NCBI GenBank assembly: GCA_052327205.1
Contig: CM126215.1
Span: forward strand, 11,532,001 to 11,596,000
Reading direction: 5' to 3'
Source of the DNA: Somniosus microcephalus
Taxonomy: Eukaryota
DNA: 64,000 nucleotides
Shown: in pieces, positions 51,104 to 64,000 of the stretch
Numbering within the stretch: position 1 is the first letter of the stretch
Layout: each line of letters starts with the position of its first letter
Made by a program: the position numbers and the translations under genes
The notes under the pieces: generated by a model
What the model was told of the DNA's origin: nothing
Databases searched by the model: none
The model's input: the letters and a program-made list of their open reading frames with translations, nothing else

Positions 51104-53023
51104 GTGCCCTAATAGTTAGATGTTTTCTCTCACCCTTCAGTTCAAATTCTTTTTGTGCCAGAGGCATAGGTACCTCAGCCAAGTGGCCAGTCTTTGCCTG
51201 CACGCCTACAGTGTGTCGGTATGCTATTTGACTGGGAGAGTCTTCACAGCAGAACACGTTCCTGTTCGCAGCCGAACATACTGGAGAATGTGGTGGAAAG
51301 TACTAAAGTACTCCCACGTTCCCCACAACATTAGTTTTGAAAGATAACTGAAGAGCTCGTCTGTACAGCGATGCACACGTGAAGTAGGTACATCTGGCTG
51401 ACACGAGGCGGAGGGATCCTCACCATCCATTTCCAACAGCTGGCCCCAAACTCCGCAAAATCCATTTGTTCACTCAACAATTACGATCAGTTTCATTGGG
51501 CCAAATCTTACTGGAGCGGAGCTTCTCACAGTGTGCCCTAATAGTTAGACCATTTCTCTCACCCTTCAGCGCAAAGTTTTTATTGTGTCAGAGGTATAGG
51601 TACCTCAGCCAAGTGGCTATTCTTTACCTGCACGCCTACCGTATGTCAGTATGCTATTTGACTGGGAGAGATTTCACAGCAGAACACGTTCCTGTTCTCA
51701 TCCAATGTATTTGGATAAATACTACATCCTATTTAGAGTTTTGTTAGTGTAACCAGTTGGGCTCCTCCATTACATTAAATTCTACTGGTGCAAAAGTGTA
51801 TTTATGGATGTCATGAATTCAATCTGAGATGTTTACTCTTCGAACATCCAGCATCTTATCATGTGTAGAAATTGGGCAGTAAGATGTTAAAAGAATAAAA
51901 GAAATCAATGAGAACCAAAACTAAAAGCTGCAACAGGTATGAAAATGGAAGTAGGTGAGAGAGAAATGCTGTAAGAATATTTGTATTTTACAATAAAATA
52001 ACAGTTGTTATTATTCTCCATAAACGTAGATATCTATAATCAGTATTTCTGCATAACATACACAAAAAGGAGCTCATTCCACTCATCTTAACCTACCGCC
52101 CGACCTCAAATGACAAATCAGTACTCCTCCATTTTGAACATCACTTGGAGGAAACTCTGCAGGTAGCAAGGGCACAGAATGTACTGTGGGCAGAGGACTT
52201 CAATGTCCATCGCCAAGAGTGGCTTAGCAGTGCTGCTACTGACTGAGCTGGCCGAGTCCTGAGCAACATAGCTGCCAGGCCGTGCCTGCGTCAACTGACG
52301 AGGGAACCAACACAAGCAGTTAACCCAAATGACTTCATCCCCGTCAACCAATCTGGTGCAAACAAACCTGTCCACAAAAGCATAGACCTTCTTAAGGCAA
52401 TGGAGGTTAAATTGGGCCACATAGTATTCATTTATCAGGTGCTTCGTGGCCTCCTAAGGCACCAAATCCATGGGCAGGAAGCATACACACACTTCCTCCT
52501 GAAAGTGCGCCATGGTAGGTATGTAAGTTATTAAAAATCCTGTCCCAAAAGAATTACTCAGATCAACCTTTTGATGTGGGGAACATTTTACTGAAGTTTC
52601 ATTGTAATAATAAACTGTATTAAGTTTTTAACCATGGTAAATAATTGCTGCCCATCAGGCTTTACAGTGCACGAATATTCACAAAATGACATGTCCCAGG
52701 TAATAACAGTTGGACAGATCCAGCCACCCGAACATACTGGAGAATGTGGTGGAAAGTACTAAAGTACTCCCACATTCCCCACAACATTAGTTCTGAAAAA
52801 CAACTGAAGAGCTCGTCTGTACAGCGATGCACATGTGAAGTAGGTACATCTGGCTGATACGAGGCAGAGGGATCCTCACTATCCATTTCCAACAGCTAGC
52901 CCCAAACTCCGGAAAATCCATTTGTTCACTCAACAATTACGATCAGTTTCATTGGGCCAAATCTTGCTGGGGCAGAGCTTCTCACAGTGTGCCCTAATAG
53001 TTAGACTATTTCTCTCACCCTTC
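51104..53023. repeat. Unclassified local repeat with a unit of about 430 bp (1.4 tandem units plus a displaced partial copy)
   Basis: 51104-51267 matches 51533-51697, and 51272-51567 matches 52728-53023. Confidence 0.85.
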
Positions 53024-53698
53024 CGCTCGAAATTTTTGTGTCGTAACTTGCTGGAAGTGCGAGCTGATAACCGCGCAGCGAGGGCAATGGAGCATCCGCA
53101 ATCCTAGTGAATGGCAGGATCAACAGCCTAAATCCTTAAACAATGACATTTAAGGATTGTGAAAGAAACAGAGGAATGACAGAGGAGGAAATATGGTGAA
53201 TATAGAAAGCATAATAAAGAGGGGAAAAAAAGATTGGATTAAGAGATAGAAATAAAGAGCCAGAAAGGAAAAGTTAGAAAAAAATGTAAAAATTTAAATT
53301 TGACATTTAAAACATTTCTAACAGCAATTTCCTAAATGCAGGACTGAGTCGCAACAGTTTAATTTGTTCCCTTTCAGGGCTGAGAGATTGACTGGCATTG
53401 CATTAACAATTATAACATCGTTAAAAGGGTACCCAAGCTGTTAATTATGAGTCCTAACTTTCTGCGGCGAGTTTAATGGGCAATTAATGTGAAAATCCAG
53501 TAAGCTCTTAAAAGTAACAGAGAAGCTAAAGGCTGTTTGTACGAAGCAAATGACGGAGCAGCGTCAACCGACCAGCAATTTCCAGAGATTCGCAACTCAG
53601 GGCGTATCTCTTCATACCCTGAACTTGCTGGCCGATCTGCACATTAATAGCGGCCTGCATTGTGAACTGGCTGTTATTTTTCCAGGAAGATTTGGCCC
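53024..53698. mobile_element. Harbinger-type non-autonomous element (3556/59570 family, diverged)
   Basis: Same purine-rich GAGAGA/AAA centre; ends AAGATTTGGCCC. Confidence 0.6.
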
Positions 53699-53993
53699 AT
53701 TATTTTGAGGCTGTCTCACGGGGGTTTTCAGAGCGACACCTGAAATGCTGGTTTTCAGCAGTAAGTCTTTCAAAACTAAATGTTGTGGGATGCATGTGGG
53801 AGCAACTACTTTACATTTGAAGTACTTCCAATGTTAATGATGTAAGCCTTCAGCACAATCGCCTACAACAGCTATACACATTTTCCACCACGCGCATTTT
53901 ATTAAAATAAGTTCAGCTTTACAGCATTAAAGAGGACAGGATTTCCATAATTTATGAAAATATACTTTTTAAAATAGTATTTGCTGTGTATTA

Positions 53994-54276
53994 CAGGAAA
54001 CTCTCGATTTACCGGCACCTAAACCAGAAATCTCTGTTAACCGGCAAAATTCAGGAGTAGGTTCAGGTAAGTTTCACTTCATATTAGTGGCAGTTCTTGG
54101 ATCTGTGGCTGTGTAACTGGGGTTCGTGCACTTGTTGCTAAGCAACAGGGAAGCCTGGATTTGTTGCTGTGTACGGAGCTCTCGTACCTTTTAACTAGAC
54201 CTCTCCGTAATCCGGACTTTTTGATAAACCGGCACCACGCCGGTCCCGTCGGTGCCGGATAATAAAGAGTTTCCTG
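53994..54276. mobile_element. TA-flanked MITE, unexpanded form of the minisatellite-bearing element
   Basis: TA|CAGGAAACTCTCGATTTACCGGCACC ... GGTGCCGGATAATAAAGAGTTTCCTG|TA. Confidence 0.9.
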
Positions 54277-54478
54277 TAATAGTTACATGCAGCTACATTG
54301 AGCGCAATGTATTTACTTAATGCCACCCATATTGTATCCTGGAAATCATAAAAGCCATATTTGAAAATCATGAGGTGGGATGTGTTTTACAGAGTGATGA
54401 CCTACAATAGATGATGGGTGTACCAATTGCAGGGGAGTTCAATTACTTTATGCGACTTGTGCCGACAACCGCAACTCA

Positions 54479-54637
<159 letters not shown>

Positions 54638-54945
54638 CTATGACAGAAAGAGAAAATAAGAGAATAAAGATACATTTCTAGGAAACAGCAGGAAAAATAT
54701 ACAAAGCACTTTTATAATCTGCCAAATGAGAGTACTTTTATTTTTAAATAATGAAACATCAGTTCTGCAAATCAATATCTCCAATGGTTTTCTCGAATAA
54801 ACTGTGCAGTTTATTTTATAAAATGTTCCCTTAGAGCCTCATGATGGTGATGGGTACAATATTTGAATCATATTTTAATCAAAAGAATTATCTTACAGCG
54901 ACTAATAATTTAAACTGAACAAAGCTTATTCTTGAAAAACATTTT

Positions 54946-56711
54946 GGCAGCGATTTCCTCTACCTGGGCGAGTCCGTGGCGGGCGAGGTCGGTGGCGGGT
55001 CGCGGCCCCGCTGCTGGTTCCACCCCGGCCTCTGACATGACTTTCCCCTGATTGGGCTTGTTAAGCCCCGCCCAGCACATTTCCCGGTCCAATTGAAGGA
55101 AGCGGGTCTGATGACGTAATTTGATGACGCGTCATCAGCCGGTTTCCTTAAAGGGACCACGCGCAAATTTACTTTGACATTTGTGCTGTCTGTGTTGTAC
55201 AGCATTGAGGTGCTGCAAACACTGACAAGCACTGCACAGAGGTGCACGGCTGCAACCAGGCTTTCCCATGACTGTCTCCATATGCTTATGGAGGGAGTCA
55301 CAGCACGCAGGGAGGTTCTCTTCCCTTCCAATGAGCGGAAGAGGCCTCCCCAGGAGATCAACGCAGCCTGGCTGCATATTGTACAGGGGGGCACAAGCAG
55401 GGATGTCGTCAGGAAGACCAGGCTGCAGTGGCGCAAACCTTTCAACAATCTCAGTAGATCACGAAACGTTACTGCAAAGCCACACTCAGCCTCATCCTGC
55501 TGCGCCACTCATCACATCCCAATCACTCTGCCTTCCCTACCCTACTCCTGCACATCCTTACTCACACCAACTTACTTTGCACCTCCACCCATCCCTCTCT
55601 ATCTACATTATCACTTCCCCATCTCACTAGCCACCCCTCACACTCACCCTCATCCTAGTCCAATCATACCAACTAACAACACACAATAGTAGGCACTTGT
55701 GTGTTTTAGCCAATGTTCATGTGAAGTTTCTGTTAATGTGCTGTCAAACATTGAAATCTTTATTTTCAACACTTTCCGTTCTTGGACAGATTTGTGTGCA
55801 CCTTTGTTAGTGGCTGAGTTGCAATGAATGGTGAGACATAATGGTACCCCCCGCAATGGTGATGAGTGTGAAAGGAATGGCTTGGGTATTGTAGGGATGC
55901 TTTATGTTGTTGGCGTGGGGTGGTGTCAACCTGGCACATCATGTGGCAGCCAGGGTGTACAGCATCAAGTGAAGTAAATCTGGCCATGGTGAGGCCATCC
56001 CTGGCCTCCCGGGCAGCAATGTGGTCGGGTGCTGATGCCATCTGTCCTGTGCAGCATCAGTTAGTTGCGGAGAAGGTTGGTGTTGTTGTTGGTGCAGCTG
56101 GTGTTGGGGCTGATCGTGGTCAGATTCTGAGGACCAAGGTGAGACAGTATAAACCGTACCCATGCTGATGGAATAGATGGCAGGTGCACTTGAGATGACA
56201 GAAACAATCTGTCAATGGTGAGAGAGGTTGTTCCAATGAGGTGACACTAGATAGAGAGTTTGCTCCAAACACTTGCAACCTGCATAAAGCTCAATCTGTC
56301 TTCCAAATGCAGTAAGCAACAGCTTCTGAGCTTGGAAAGTGAACAGCTGTGAGATGGGAGCTTTTATAGCACATTTCAAGCTGTCAAGTAATGGGATGAT
56401 TTCATGGCCATTCAACTCCCGCCCAGCTTAACAGACGTGATCCCCAAGCAGCGTGGACCCCGTTGGTGAGCTGGTAAATTCTAAAGGTGAGCTCAAAGTT
56501 GTTGTTAATCCTCTGTTAACAAGGTCATAATGACTTGAATTGCCTCCCCCGCCGCTGCCTGTCGGGTCTGCTCAGCGCTGACAGACCCGACATTTGGTAA
56601 AGGTGCGTAGCAGTGGGTTGACAGCGGGGTCCCGACCCACTGTCAAAAAAAAAACGTTCCCACCCGACCTGCCACCGATCCCACCCGCTGACCCCCCAGA
56701 AAATTCTCCCC
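54946..56711. mobile_element. 1.8-kb Harbinger deletion derivative with an open Myb/SANT exon
   Basis: TTT|GGCAGCGATTTC ... AAAATTCTCCCC|TTT; ORF 55174-55689. Confidence 0.85.
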
Positions 56712-57628
56712 TTTGGCTCTGAAATACCAGGAGACCCATTCTGTTAGCACAAGTGAGGTGGAGTGGAAGCTGAGGTGCCCCAAGGTCCATCTGAGCAGAA
56801 GAAAAAAACCTTGAAGAGTTTCAGCTCCCCGCAGAGTGACTATCCCTGCAGGCTAAAGGTAACTGATCCTTTCCAGGATCAATTATCCTAGTCCAGTAAA
56901 GGTTTTGGGACCATATAAAGGTCTCAATGGGACTCATGACAGCTCTCAAGGTTGAGGTCTACTGTGGGCATACTAGGCAGAATTCCCAGGAAAACCCAAG
57001 AACTCCCCTAGACATGCTCCCTTGATGTGGAGGTGGTGGTGGGCCAAAGATCCACCCATGGACTCCACTCCACTGGAAACTAAAGGGGATGTATAAATAG
57101 GACAGAATCCCAGCGGAAACTGCTTCTGGCCCAAATTCCTGACTCCCTCCCAACCTTGGATGGAAATCTTCCTTTCTGCCCACTCCAACCCCAGGAATTT
57201 CAGGGCCTTTGCTTTTGTGAATATAAAAAATATAAAGAAATCTACTCTTGCCTATGTAAACATTACACAGTGAATAGGTTTTGGGGAAATTAATTATACC
57301 ATTGAGATTCAGCAACAGCATGACAATGCACCACAGAATACACAGAAAAAACTTATAAATCTACTTTGATTTAGTGCACAAATATATTTTCACAGTATGC
57401 AAAAAGAAAGAAAGAACTTGCATTTATATAGCACCTTTCACAACCTTAGGACATCCCAAAATGCTTCACAGCCAATGAAGTACTTTGAAAATGTAATCAC
57501 AGTTGTAATGTAGAGAACATACTCCGGGTTTGATTGCAGAACTATTTCCCATATCTCCTTGCCTAAAGCCAATGTCTGGAGCTGACATGGTGCTTTTAGT
57601 ATCTCTTACGAATTGTTCTAGAGACTTT

Positions 57629-58461
57629 GGGCAGGGTTTTCATTGGGTCGTGGAGGCGGGATTGGAGGCGTGTGGGGGTTTAAAATCGCGAAATCGGGGG
57701 GGCACGAACCCATCCCGCCCCAATCCGTCTCCATGCCAGTTTCAAAGGAGGCGGGGGCCCGACCTGTGCTGGGAGCCGCCTCCCCGAGGCGGGAAGGGGA
57801 TTAGTGCCAATTAACTGCCTGTTAACAGGTAGTTAACAGGCAGTTTTTAGCCTAATCCCTATTTTTAACCCTGAAGTGTGGGATTCCCGACGGTGCCAAA
57901 CCACACCAATTTAGCGAGGCGGACCGTCGGGCTGAAGGGCTTGGAGGGGTCGAGATGTCCGGTGTTCAGGTGAGTGATGGGTGGATGAGTGCAGAGGTAA
58001 GTGTGTTTGGTGTGTGTAAAGTGTTTAAAGAAGTTTTACTTACCTTTACAGCCTTTCTTCCTTCAGGTCTCGGGAGTCCCTCATCTCACCGGCACAGAAA
58101 GCAGAATGGCCGCGAGCTGTCAAAATCTGCAGCCTCTGCTTTCTGTTCTGGAGAGATCTCTAAATCAGCCTGAGAGGAAGGAATTAACTTAGTGTACAGA
58201 TTGTCAGTGTTTGACAGCTTCAAAGAGCTGTCAATCGCTGATATTTCATCAGTCAAAAGCTCTTGACAGATGAAATGTCAATCTGTGACGTCACCTGTTG
58301 CCGGGTGGCCCTTAAGTGGCCTGCTGAGCCCGCTGGGTGGGCTCAACAAGGTCAATCAGGTGAAAATTGCGTGGGTTGGCCACAACTTGATGGAGGCAGG
58401 ACTACAACCCCGAAAGTTGTAGTCCCGCCTCCTACACGCCTCCAGTATCAAAATCCAGCCC
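57629..58461. mobile_element. Harbinger-type MITE, inverted copy of 3779-4564
   Basis: TTT|GGGCAGGGTTTTCATTG ... CAAAATCCAGCCC|TTT. Confidence 0.88.
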
Positions 58462-59569
58462 TTTGTCAGCAAATTTAGTGGTGTACGAATGATGTGAACA
58501 CTGGTGCCCACAGCACTTTGCATACTGAGTAAAGTGTAAGCACATTCAATTCCTTTGGATATATTTTGGTGCAAAGACAGAACATAAAAACGTGGCCTTT
58601 TTTTTTCACTTTAACTACAATTGCTACATTTTTATGCTAGAAGTGATGATGAGAATTAAACAACTGTTTATATAATGCTCCTCATATGAAAGGAAACAAC
58701 TCAGCATGATTTACAGGCAGGGAATAAAGTAAAATAACTTGTGAGTGGAAAATATCAAAGGCACAGTCAGATTTTTTTTTAAAGCGAGTTTTTGAAGGCC
58801 TTTTCTTGACCAATTTGCATTGCGTTTGAGTACGAGTCACTGATGTCAATTAGAAAAGTAGTGGGCCCAGCACTGATCATTGGGACATCCAACTCTATGC
58901 CCCCTCCCACACCCACCCCAATATAACTCCTCAAACAAGTACTCATTATTTTTTAACCCATAAACCAATTTCTGATCCATACCCAACACTTATCAAGAAT
59001 TCGCAAAGCACTGAGCTAAACTGTGGGACTTTATCACGGGTAACTTTCAAGATGATTTGTAAAGTAATAGCTTTGTAAACTGAAGTCTGCACAAATGCCT
59101 TCTGGAAGTCTAGGTGCAACATATTATAACAATCCACTTGGGATATCACTTCCTCAGGGCAGGAAGGATTTTCTATTTCTGAATTCATGTTGACTCCTGT
59201 TTACAAAGCTATTATTTACATGGGGTTGAAGTAAGACTAATGGGTTTGTGGTTGCCTGTGTCTGTTGCATGTTTTGAAAATGGGAATCACATTCGTCTGT
59301 TTTTAATCTACTGGTACTTCCTCAGTGGCCAGACTCCCTCATAACAATCTGTCAATGCCTCACAAATCTCCTGATTTCTCCCTGAGCGCTCTACGATAAA
59401 TAGCCTCTATCTTTGGGGATTTATTGGTTTTGATTCCTTTGAGCTTGTGCAAGACTTCCATCTCATTTGTATTGAAGTCATTAATTTTTCCTGGGGTACC
59501 TGTGTTTGCGCAGAGCATATCATGCATGTCTTACACAGTCAATATTTAGAGGAAGTAATCATTCATAAT

Positions 59570-60649
59570 GGGCCGGATTTTGCTGCAGAAACACCGGTGA
59601 GGATATCAGCGCTCACCGTTCCTAACTTGTAAATCAGACAGCAACTCCTGGTGACCATACTTGCACAGTCAAATGTGGAAATCAGGAAGCTGCTGTCCAA
59701 GATGCCCTGCTCTTCCAGAAGCTGCGCTATACCGGTATCTCGCCGAGAGACTCGGCATTGAAATACATGGAACAGCATGAAGTTGCTGTACTTACGTGAT
59801 AGATACCGTCTAACTCGCCAGATAAAGTTAGGGCTTGTCCATTCTAGTGTAAGCAAATTTTTAAGTCTTAATTACTGCCAAACAGCCTCTCTGGCACTGA
59901 AAATTAACTTTTATAAGTGTGGAGTCTCATTCCATCAATTTTAATTATTATTGGAGATTTAAAAAAATTACAAAGTAAATAATTGTATTTTTTTCTTTCT
60001 GCCTCTTTTTATCTCTCTCCCTTAATCGCTTTCTGTACCTGATTTGACACTGAATTAAATATACAAACTGACATTTCCTGGTTCAAACTCTGCGCTGCTC
60101 ATTAACGATTCTTTAATCTTTTTTTCATTTGTTTATGGGATCAGGGCGTCGCTGGCAATGCCAGCATTTATTGCCCATCCCTAGTTGCCCTTGAGAAGGT
60201 AGTGATGAGCCGCCTTCTTGAACCGCTGCAGTCCGTGTGGTGAAGGTACTCCCACAGTGCTGTTAGGGAGGGAGTTCCAGGATTTTGACCCAGCGACGAT
60301 GAAGGATCGGCGATATACTTCTAAGTCAGGATGGTGTGTGAGTTGGAGGGGAACTTGGAGGTTCCCATGTGCCTGCTGCCCTTGTCCTTCTAGGTGGAAG
60401 AGGTTGCGGGTTTGGGAGGTGCTGCCGAAGAAGCCTTGGCGAGTTGCTGCAGGTGATTGGTTGAGGAGATACACATTTGCTTTCCCTGTTCACACAGGTC
60501 CCAGATCCCATGTAGAGGGTGCCGTGCCATTCTGGCTCTCTAATTTACAGTAGGTTCCAGTACAAAGTACCTTAGTAAGTCAATGAGCAAGTGCAAGATT
60601 AAACAACGGCTGGAGCCATTCGTTCGCCGCTGACCACAGAATCCGGACC
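59570..60649. mobile_element. Harbinger-type non-autonomous element with an inserted LINE 3' end (about 60120-60452)
   Basis: GGGCCGGATTTTG ... CAGAATCCGGACC termini; inverted homolog of 3556-5474. Confidence 0.75.
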
Positions 60650-61299
60650 AAAATTTTATGCTCATCCTGTGTTTCAAGCCTGTTTGCTCCTTTTATGGTT
60701 CTCAGCTCTGCTCTCTTACTGTTGCAGTACTTACTGTTCTTACTGTGAAGCTTTGTGTCTGGAGCTATGCTTTTTTTCTAGGTCTCTCTTTGTCCTTCAT
60801 ATTACCCTTTTAACAGGTTTCTGCACGTTCTTATATTCATCCCAGTGGACCCCACCCTCTTTCTCACGGCAAGATTTGCAGAGGTAATTCTTCCCTCTTG
60901 GATTCACTTTTGATTTGTTTATCAATTTATGTAGGGTCACGCTTGTTTAGTCCAAACCTGCTGGATGTATTAATCCAGCACGTTCAATATTATGCCTTTA
61001 AATGTGTTTCCCTTGTGCTTTACTGAAGTGCTGAAGAACGACATCCCCTGATCAATTTATTAAGTTGTTCTGTCATTTTCTTAACTGACTCCTCTTAAAG
61101 TTATATACCCGGCAGCTGGTCTTTATTATTTCTGAATCCCAGATCATGTTAAACTTAATTATTCCCCCAAGGGTCTCACAACCTTCATTTTCTGTCCACT
61201 GTCTGGACAAAGACCAAGTCAAGATGAGCACTACCTCTCATGGCTTCCCTGATGCACTAATCAAGCATCGGAGGCGCCAACGATGGGAATTTCACCCCC

Positions 61300-62342
61300 A
61301 CTGAGCTTTATGCTGGTTGCAAGTGTTTGCTGTAAACTCTCTCTCCAGTGTCATCTCATTGAAACAACCTCTCTCACCACTGACAGATCGCTTCTGTCAT
61401 CTCAACTATACCGGCCATCTATTACATCAGCATCGGTGCCCTTGCAACTATCTCACCTTGGTCCTCAGAATCCCACCACGATCAGCCCCAACACCAGCAG
61501 CACCAGGCACACCAGCAGCACCAACAACCTTCTCCGCAATCAACTGATGCTGCACAGGACACAGGGCATCATCACCCGACCACATTGCTGCCTGGGAGGC
61601 CAGGGATGGCCTCACCATGGCCAGGTTCACTTCACTTGACACTGTACACCGTGGCTGTCACATGATGCGCCAGGTTGGCATCACCCCACACCAACACCAT
61701 AAACATCCCTACAATGCCCAAGCCATTCCTTTCACACTCATGACCATTGCTGGGGGGTAACGTTATGTCTCACCATTCACTGCAACTCACTAAGCCACCT
61801 CCAAAGGTGCACACAGATCTGTCCAAGAATGCAAAGTGTTGACAATTAAGGTTTCAATGTTTGACGCCACATTAACAGAAACTTTACATGAGCATTGGCT
61901 AAAACACACAAGGATGAGGGCGAGTGTGAGGGGTGTCTAGTGAGATGGGGAAGTGATGTTGTAGATAGAGGGAGACGGATGGAGGTGCAAGGTAAGTTGG
62001 TGTGAGTAAGGATGTGCAGGAATAGGGTAGGGAAGGCAGAGTGATGGGGATGTGATGAGTGGCACAGCAGGGTGAGGTTGAGTGTGGCTTTGCAGTAACG
62101 TTTCGTGATCTACTGAGATCATTGAAAGGTTTGCGCCACTGCAGCCTGGTCCTCCTGACGACATCCCTGCTTGTGTCCTCCTGTGCAATGTGCAACCAGG
62201 CTGCATTGTTCTCCTGGGGAGGTCTCGTCCGCTCATGGGAAGGGAAGAGAACCTCCCTGCCTGCTGTGACTCCCTGCATGAGCATATGGAGGGAGTCATG
62301 GGAGAACCTGGGTGCAGCCATGCATCTCTGTGCAGTCATTGT
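61300..62342 (-). mobile_element. Internal part of the 1.8-kb Harbinger derivative, inverted
   Basis: ORF 61899-62528 contains AAPRFSHDSL..REVLFP..QWRKPFNDL. Confidence 0.8.
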
Positions 62343-62655
62343 GCAAATTGCACACAGCAAGATCCCACAAACAGCAATGACCAGATAATCTGTTTTTTTA
62401 GCGGTATTGGTTGAGGGATTAACATTGGCTAGGACACCAGAGGAACTCTTCTGATCTTCTTGTAATAATCCCAGGGAATGTTTATGTCCACCTGAGGGGG
62501 TAGATGGGGCCTCAGTTGAACATTTCATCCAAAAGTCACCACCTTCAACAGTTCAGCACTCCCTCAGTACTGCAATGAAGTGTCAGTCTAGATTAAGCGC
62601 ATGTCTCTGAAGTGGGGCTTGAACCCACGGCGGGAGTGCTACCATTGAGCAAGGC
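62340..62655 (-). mobile_element. Deu-domain SINE, 5' part
   Basis: Minus-strand B box GGGTTCAAGCCC followed by CAGTACTGAGGGAGTGCTG and the Deu core. Confidence 0.7.
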
Positions 62656-62714
62656 TGGCATCAAATTAGATTTAGGAGTGATGCAGAGACACACTCGCCA
62701 TTTTTTAAATTTAT

Positions 62715-63601
62715 CTTTTTTATTCATTGATGGGATGTGGGCATCGCTGGCTAGGCCTGCATTTAGTGCCCATCCCTAATTGCCCTTGATAAGATGGTGG
62801 TGAGCCGCCTTCTTGAACCGCTGCAGTCCATATGGTGTAGGTACACCCACAATGCTGTTAGGAAGGGAGTTCCAAGATTTTGGCCCAGCGACAGTGAAGG
62901 AACGGCGATACAGGTCCAAGTCAGGATGGTGTGTGGCTTGGAGGGGAACTTGTAGGTGGTGATGTTCCCATGCGTCTGCTGCCCTTGTCCTTCTAAGTGG
63001 TAGAGGTCGCGGGTTTGGAAGGTGCTGTTGAAGGAGCTTTGGCGAGTTGCTGCAGTGCATCTTGTAGATGGTACACACTGCAGCCACGGTGCGCCGGTGG
63101 TGGAGGGAGTGAATGTTGAAGGTGGTGGATGGAGTGCCAATCAAGCGGGCTGCTTTATCCTGAATGGTGTCGAGCTTCTTGAGTGTTGTTGGAGCTGCAC
63201 TCATCCAGGCAAGTGGAGAGTATTCCATCACACTCCTGACTTGTGCCTTGTAGATGGTGGAAAGGCTTTGGGGAGTCAGGAGGTGAGACACTCGCCGCAG
63301 AATTCCCAGCCTCTGGCCTGCTCTTGTAGCCACAGTATTTATATGGCTGGTCCAGTTCAGTTTCTGATCAATGGTAACCCCCAGGATGTTGATAGTGGGG
63401 GATTCAGCGATGGTAATGCCATTGAATGTCAAGGGGAGATGGTTAGAGTCTCGCTTGTTGGAGATGGTCATTGCCTGGCACTTGTGTGGTGCGAATGTTA
63501 CTTGCCACTTGTCAGCCCAAGTCTGAATGTTGTCCAGGTCTTGCTGCATATGAACACGGACTGCGTCAGTATCTGACGAGTCTCGAATGGTGCTGAACAT
63601 T
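62715..63601 (-). mobile_element. CR1/L2-clade LINE, 5'-truncated, with an open ORF2 C-terminus
   Basis: ORF 62776-63600: QQDLDNIQTWADKWQVTFAPHKC, ILGVTIDQKLNW, IYKAQVRSVMEY. Confidence 0.9.
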
Positions 63602-64000
63602 GACAGCTGTGCCTTCAGCCACCTGGGTCCCTAGGGAATTTCCTCCCAAAACCTCTTCCGACTCTCCACTTCCCTCTCCCCCTTTAGGTCACTCCTTAAA
63701 ACCCACATCTGACCAAGCTTTTAATCACCCATCTTAATATCTCCTTTAGCTTGGTGTTGATTTTTGTCTGTGAAGTGCCTTAGCACATCATTCGTCATTG
63801 AAGTGTATATAAATGCAAACCGTTGCTGTTATTTAGCCAGTAAGGACTCTCCTAGCCTGGGTGAATTGTATCTGGGAACCCTTAGCATGAAAGGGACTGC
63901 AGGGAGGCTCCGTGTGAATTTAACTTTTCAGGGCATTATGCATTCATTGACTCTGGATCCGATATAAATCCCTGATAAAAGGAAGCACAGAATTCTCGAC

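Overview
Vertebrate genomic DNA, very likely a shark or other cartilaginous fish, judging from the HE1-type V-SINE, Deu-SINE and CR1 repeats. The window lies inside a minus-strand CNKSR2 gene. Three phase-0 coding exons (54518-54637, 49477-49536, 11546-11614) encode the end of the CRIC region and the N-terminal part of the PDZ domain, separated by introns of about 5 kb and about 38 kb. Most of the rest is transposable elements. The main one is a young, full-length 4.4-kb PIF/Harbinger transposon (35935-40358). It has 14-bp perfect TIRs, an AGA target duplication, an open DDE transposase and a convergent three-exon Myb/SANT-like gene that now carries a stop and a frameshift. It is nested in a TA-flanked Tc1/mariner-type MITE. 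Also present are at least a dozen non-autonomous Harbinger derivatives with unusual W-N-W target duplications, Penelope-like fragments with minimal hammerhead-ribozyme cores, two 227-bp solo LTRs, an old Gypsy remnant, CR1/L2 fragments and SINEs. Two minisatellites appear to have expanded inside MITEs, and an unexplained repeat of about 430 bp lies at 51.1-53.9 kb. No prokaryotic-type systems (CRISPR, operons) are present. Most ORFs in the supplied track are spurious readings of repeats. All calls were made by eye, and repeat boundaries without a TSD are approximate.
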